NCBI GenBank assembly: GCA_965261595.1
Contig: CBDHDG010000005.1
Coordinates: forward strand, 96,001-160,000
Origin: a bacterium
Lineage (GTDB): Bacteria > UBA8248 > JACPRG01 > G963555815
Direction of reading: 5' to 3'
Length of the DNA: 64,000 nt
The notes under the pieces were generated by a model. The model made no database searches, had not been told where the DNA came from, and saw only the letters and a list, made by a program, of their open reading frames with translations. Position numbers and translations under genes: made by a program. Numbering within the stretch: the first letter of the stretch is position 1; the number at the start of each line of letters is the position of its first letter. Shown here in pieces: positions 59,608-64,000 of this stretch.

Positions 59608-60576
59608 TTGAGCCAGCTCATCACACTGGATGAGATCAGACAAAGCCGTGAGAACCTACCCGCCTTCATCCGGCGGACGCCCATCCTCCCCATCGGAAGG
59701 GGCCCCGCCGAGACCGGCCGCGAGGGTCTCTTCGTCAAGGCCGAAAATCTCCAGGTCACCGGCGCCTATAAGCCCCGCGCCGCCTTCAGCATCCTGAACG
59801 CCGTTTCGCCGAAAGCGCGGACGGCCGGGGTGGTGATGAGCTCATCGGGGAACTTCGCTCAGGCGTTCGCCTATGCCGGGGCTTCCATGGGCGTGCCGAT
59901 CGTGGTCGTCATGCCGGAGGGGACAAGCCCGTACAAGATCGATGCCGCGCGGGGCTACGGGGCCGAAGTCTGTTTTTGCCGGGAAACCCTCGACCGCCAA
60001 CCCACGGTGGAGCGCGTCGCCCGTGAACGGGGGATGACGGCCGTCGACACGTGGGAGCACCCCATGACGGTGGCCGGACACGGCACCCTGGGGCTGGAAA
60101 TCCTCGAGGACCTTCCGGACGTGGAGCAGATCCTGGTCCCCGTCGGCAGCGCGGGCCTGGCCGCGGGAATTGCCACCGCCGTGAAGGAGTCGCGCCCCGA
60201 GGTGAAGGTCATCGGCGTTCAGCCAGAGCGGGCCAACGCGGCGTATGTTTCCCTCCAGCGAGGCAAGCCGGTGACGATCGACGATTGGGACAGCATCGCC
60301 GACGGCCTCGCGCCGAGGCGTCCGGGCGACCTTCCTTTCCGCCACATCCGGAAGTATCTGGACGGAATGGTGTTGATCGCCGAGGCGGACATCGCCTCCG
60401 CGTTCCGGACGCTGCTCTTCCGGGGAAAGATCCTGGCCGAGCCAGCCGGCGCCGTCGCCCCGGCGGCCTTTCTGACGGACAAGGTGGACACCGCCCGCAA
60501 GACCATCGCCCTCGTCACAGGCGGCAACCTGACCGAAGCGGTGATGCGGAAGATGCTGGAGATGCCGGCGGAATGA
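59608..60576 (+). CDS. PLP-dependent threonine/serine dehydratase family protein
   Basis: RRTP, KAENLQVTGAYKPR, SSGNF, GHGTLGLE, AEPAGA, VTGGN; start uncertain (TTG). Confidence 0.9.
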   Translation: MSQLITLDEIRQSRENLPAFIRRTPILPIGRGPAETGREGLFVKAENLQVTGAYKPRAAFSILNAVSPKARTAGVVMSSSGNFAQAFAYAGASMGVPIVVVMPEGTSPYKIDAARGYGAEVCFCRETLDRQPTVERVARERGMTAVDTWEHPMTVAGHGTLGLEILEDLPDVEQILVPVGSAGLAAGIATAVKESRPEVKVIGVQPERANAAYVSLQRGKPVTIDDWDSIADGLAPRRPGDLPFRHIRKYLDGMVLIAEADIASAFRTLLFRGKILAEPAGAVAPAAFLTDKVDTARKTIALVTGGNLTEAVMRKMLEMPAE

Positions 60577-60615
60577 AGATCGGGAACAGGAAGGAGAAGG
60601 ATCGCGGACACCCGA

Positions 60616-60730
60616 ATTATCTTCGAGAGATGATGGGACGCGCGGACATCCATGTGACGATGCGCTACGCGCATTGGTCACCGGCCCATAAGGCGGCCGC
60701 GGTGCGGAAGTTTGGAAACTTATGGAAACT
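60616..60730 (+). pseudogene. Tyrosine integrase C-terminal remnant
   Basis: YLREMMGRADIHVTMRYAH (box II with catalytic Tyr; His replaced by Arg), next to the att repeat. Confidence 0.7.
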
Positions 60731-60797
60731 TCGCCGAAATCGGAAGGTGATGGGAAAAAACCGGCGACTGGAACTGATTGATACGCAACAAGTCATT

Positions 60798-60820
60798 TGG
60801 TGGAGCTGAGGGGGATCGAA
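60798..60820 (-). repeat. tRNA-Ala-like 3' end fragment (att site)
   Basis: Minus strand TTCGATCCCCCTCAGCTCCACCA (T-loop to CCA). Confidence 0.85.
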
Positions 60821-60907
60821 TATATCGTTTAACTTATTGAATATATACAACTTAGATAATTCCAGACGGTCATGTTACCACTATTTTTCCCACGCAAATG
60901 ATGGGGT

Positions 60908-61213
60908 CTAAAGCCCGAGTGCCGTCCTTCGCCGCCATCGGAGATAAGAACAGGCGAGTGGACAGGCGGAAACCGACCGTTCCAGATGCACGGCCAATTC
61001 GGCAACCTCCCCTTGCCCAGCCCGTCCGATTCCGCCGGGAGTATCGCGGATCAAGTCGTACAGTTTCCGATCTTCCTCCGGGGTCCAATTGGGAGCCGAG
61101 AGGCGTGGCGCAAGGGGGTCGCCCCGTTTCTTCCATAGCGCCCAATGAGTATGGCAAAGCCCACGCGCGGCCATCTTCTGCTCACATCCGGGGATCGTAC
61201 AAGTGCTAGTCAT
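60908..61213 (-). CDS. Phage-type hypothetical protein (C3H Zn motif plus Myb-like WTPEED)
   Basis: CTIPGC...GLCHTH, WTPEEDRKL; overlaps the stop of the portal-like remnant. Confidence 0.55.
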   Translation of the reverse strand: MTSTCTIPGCEQKMAARGLCHTHWALWKKRGDPLAPRLSAPNWTPEEDRKLYDLIRDTPGGIGRAGQGEVAELAVHLERSVSACPLACSYLRWRRRTALGL

Positions 61214-61585
61214 CGTTCACCCCCACCGCCTCAAGCGCGGTCGCCATTGGAACGCCCGCTTGCGCGAGCTTGGCGACCACGGTTTCCCGCGAACACCATG
61301 TCCAAAGCATAGGAATCGAATTTGAGTTCAACCGGCGTTTCCAGCTTCATTGTCAATTCATGTTCGAGCAACTTTGCGAGCGGCAACACCGCTCCCAAAT
61401 GCCACCGTCTCACGGCCTCGTGTTGTGATGTTCCATCGCTATCGACAAACAGGCTCGGAGGGGTTCTGCATGCGGCCAGGACCGCCTCGAATGCGTCCTT
61501 ACGGATCGTAGCCATTGATTCGGGCGGCATCGGCCCCAGGCGTGACGCCTGCCAGTCCCTTTGAGGTGCGGAAGCCTTTCCTTCG
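61206..61585 (-). pseudogene. Phage portal-like protein C-terminal remnant
   Basis: DWQASRLGP.PP...VLAAC.TPPSL...VLPLAKLLEHEL..KL; frameshift near 61290. Confidence 0.55.
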
Positions 61586-62518
61586 CCCCGCCGCCGAAGC
61601 CTCCGAAGGCCCCGAAGCCGACGAAATTCTCGAAACCGAAGAGGCCACCCAAGTCGAAGCCCATCGCTGAAAGGGGAAGAGGTGTGGGGCATTGATGCCT
61701 TCTCAGACCCGAACGCGACCGCCAAGGAAATGGGGGGAAAGGTCTGGAAATCGATCGATGGGCTGTTCGAAAAGCATGTGAAACTGCCGGATTATGTTTC
61801 AATGGGGAATCTCCCGAAGGGAACGCTCGCAATCGTCACGAACGCGGACGAAGCGGAGATGATCATCCCTCCCGGATACCGTCTGCGGATTCGTGAGGTC
61901 CGCCGTATGGTAAAATCGGACGCTTCGGGATGAGGGAGCGATAAGACGATCCAAAAACTCGTCCTCGGGGACCTGAAAAGGATGGCGAAATAGGGGAAAG
62001 CGCATGGTCAAGGAAAGCGAAGTGGAGTTACCCCGTTTCAGTGGACAGTTTAGGGCTGTCGTCCCCCGCCCTGAGGTGGGCGACAGCCGGTGGACGTAAA
62101 GTCTTCTCGCCGGCTCCATTTTGGGGGATGGAGGTGAAAAGGCACAATGCTCCCCTTTCCGCTTTATGCACACCATGTAAGGTCTGCATGTTGCCTCCGA
62201 TCAAGAGGAGCCCGAAAATTCGGACCGCGTACTCGGTTCCCCTGCCTGCCGACCATCAGGCCCTAGAAGTGTCGATCAGTCCACTTCCAGCCGCTGCCCT
62301 TACGGGCGACCGCAGCGCGGCCCATGCAAAGCACCGGGATGCAAGGGGTTGCGCAGAACGTGTCTACGCAGGCCGGATTTGCCAGCAGAGCCCGGAATTT
62401 TCGTGCCCGCCTTGCTGTCAGCGGGCGCTCCCGAATATTTTGTCCATCGCCTCCGGTGTCGGCGGGTTTTCTCGCCTGGCGCGTCACGTCTGGAGCATCC
62501 CCAGACCGGGAAAGAAGT

Positions 62519-63196
62519 TCATGCCTTCTGTATCCCAAATTTTGTCGCAAGAATGTGAGCGTGTGATTTGTCGGCCAGCAGAGCCCGCTTGATTGCGGCC
62601 AACCGCCGTTTCAGTTTCCGGGTTTCCCTTCGTGCGGTTTCCAAGAGATCATACGTTTCCGCCGATTTCTTTTTCTCGCGCATGAGCGACAGTTCGATCT
62701 CGTTTTGCTTGTCCTGGCTGGCGGCACGATCCACCGGGCCGGCAGAGGCAAGTTGCTCCCTTGTTTCCTTAAGCTCCTTCCTCATCTGAGCCGTTTCGAC
62801 TTCAGCGCGTTCGGCCCGGACGCGATCCGTTTCTACCTCGATTTCCACAACCTCTTTCCTGGATGGTTCTTCCGGTTCGGGATCGCGTTTCTTTGGAGAC
62901 TTCGGAGGAAGAGATTTGAGGGCCGAATCGATGGTTTCAAAAGCGCAGAGACTGCGTTTTTCGATAGTCGCAATCTGTAAGTAAACCTGAGCCGTTCTTG
63001 ATTTGACCTGTTCCCCCACGGGCCAATCTATCCATTGGCCGTGTGCCAATTGTGCCTTGATTTCAGTCAGGGCAACCCCAGCGGTCCATGCCCATGCAAC
63101 CGTCATCCGGCCCAGTTTTTGGACCTCCGTATAGCTGACCCGGAATTCCGTTTCCAGGTCGGCGAGGCTCTTTCCTGTTGGCTGTACACCGTTCAT
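62519..63196 (-). CDS. Phage/satellite protein with DUF3102-like N-terminus and coiled coil
   Basis: AG..L.EIKAQLAHGQW..W......RTAQ.Y..IA; ATGA-coupled to the AlpA-family gene. Confidence 0.65.
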   Translation of the reverse strand: MNGVQPTGKSLADLETEFRVSYTEVQKLGRMTVAWAWTAGVALTEIKAQLAHGQWIDWPVGEQVKSRTAQVYLQIATIEKRSLCAFETIDSALKSLPPKSPKKRDPEPEEPSRKEVVEIEVETDRVRAERAEVETAQMRKELKETREQLASAGPVDRAASQDKQNEIELSLMREKKKSAETYDLLETARRETRKLKRRLAAIKRALLADKSHAHILATKFGIQKA

Positions 63197-63402
63197 TTGC
63201 CGCGTCCCAGTTCTCCGGTCGCACGGGGTCGGCTGTCGATGTAGTCGCGTATTTCGGATTCTCGCCAGCGCACGGCCCTGCTGGAAATCCGGATCGGCAA
63301 TGGAAATTTTGGCGGTTTCGATCTGATTAGTCTGTAAATTGAGGATCGGGAAAGTTTGGTGAGCGTTTCGACTTCGGGTCGCGTCAACAATCGATATTTC
63401 AT
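63193..63402 (-). CDS. AlpA-family phage regulatory protein
   Basis: RLLTRPEV...LSRSSIYR...FP.PI.I..RAVRWRESEI. Confidence 0.88.
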   Translation of the reverse strand: MKYRLLTRPEVETLTKLSRSSIYRLIRSKPPKFPLPIRISSRAVRWRESEIRDYIDSRPRATGELGRGK

Positions 63403-63503
63403 CACATCCTCCAGGAAAACATTTGATTCGCTACTTCCTGAAAGATGCAACTTTTTCCCAGATGCTTCAAAACCTAACGAAAGGGGGGTGCGTTTTAGGG
63501 TGT

Positions 63504-64000
63504 TGGAGTTGACCCGGTTTGGTGGACACCTGATGATTTGGGGGTAAAGGAGGTGTTCACGATGCCACAGACTCACCCACGCTATCCAATGGAGTTCCGC
63601 TGCCAGATGGTAGAGTTGGTCCGGGCGGGACGCACGCCCGAGGCGCTGGCGCACGAGTTCGAGCCCTCGGCGCAGACGATCCGCACCTGGGCCCATCAAG
63701 CCGACGTTGACGAGGGGCGTCGCAAAGACGGGCTCACGAGCGATGAGCGGGAGGAGTTGCGCCGACTTCGCCGCGAGAACCGACAGCTCCGCCAGGAGCG
63801 GGAGATCTTAGCAAAAGCCGCGGCCTGGTTTGCTCGGGAGACCGATTCGATCCCGTCCGGATCTACGGGTTCGTGAGGGCGAACCAGGCCATGTATCGGA
63901 CCGCCACCATGTGCCGGGTGCTGGGCGTCTCCTCCAGCGGCTACTACGCGTGGCGCAGGCGCGCGCCGTGTGCCCGCTCGTGTGCCGATCGGGCGCTCAC
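63504..64000 (+). mobile_element. IS3-family (IS51-like) element, partial; OrfA 63562-63876 and start of OrfB
   Basis: IRL TGGAGTTGACCCGGTTTGGTGGACACC; YPMEFR..MVELVRAGR, EREILAKAAAWFA; OrfB TMCRVLGVSSSGYY. Confidence 0.9.

Noticed and set aside
56870..60820. Complete tRNA genes
   Set aside because: Only T-arm-to-CCA fragments are present, with no anticodon or D arm

Overview
A GC-rich bacterial accessory region with no rRNA, complete tRNA or CRISPR. Catabolic and transport modules: a TAXI-TRAP transporter; a BMP-type ABC transporter with hydantoinase/oxoprolinase A and B; an LLM oxidoreductase followed by four tandem zinc deaminases; and a large cluster of SDR, two UbiD, HADH, NitT/TauT ABC, an M29-like protein, xanthine-dehydrogenase-family subunits and a second LLM. 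A D-carbamoylase and a Thr/Ser dehydratase lie further right. These modules sit among many mobile elements: three 1668-bp IS1380 copies sharing one frameshift, four 1404-bp IS3 copies, and IS407/IS481/IS5/RAYT remnants. There are also decaying defence or repeat-protein genes (paired P-loop ATPases, NucS-like nuclease, TIR, VapBC, MntA-HepT, Sel1/TPR/CARDB). Highlights: (1) a four-gene deaminase array in which copies 2-4 share a REP-containing leader and the proteins combine two active-site loop types with two C-terminal types; (2) a 1565-bp transposase-less cassette with perfect 23-bp terminal inverted repeats and an 8-bp target duplication, carrying a two-gene cargo and inserted in the leader of the LLM-deaminase operon; (3) an ABC-hydantoinase operon bracketed by both direct IS1380 copies and inverted 27-bp REP-like motifs; (4) two tRNA-Ala-like 3' end repeats marking stacked integrative islands. 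Family calls come from motif recognition by eye; no database searches were run.
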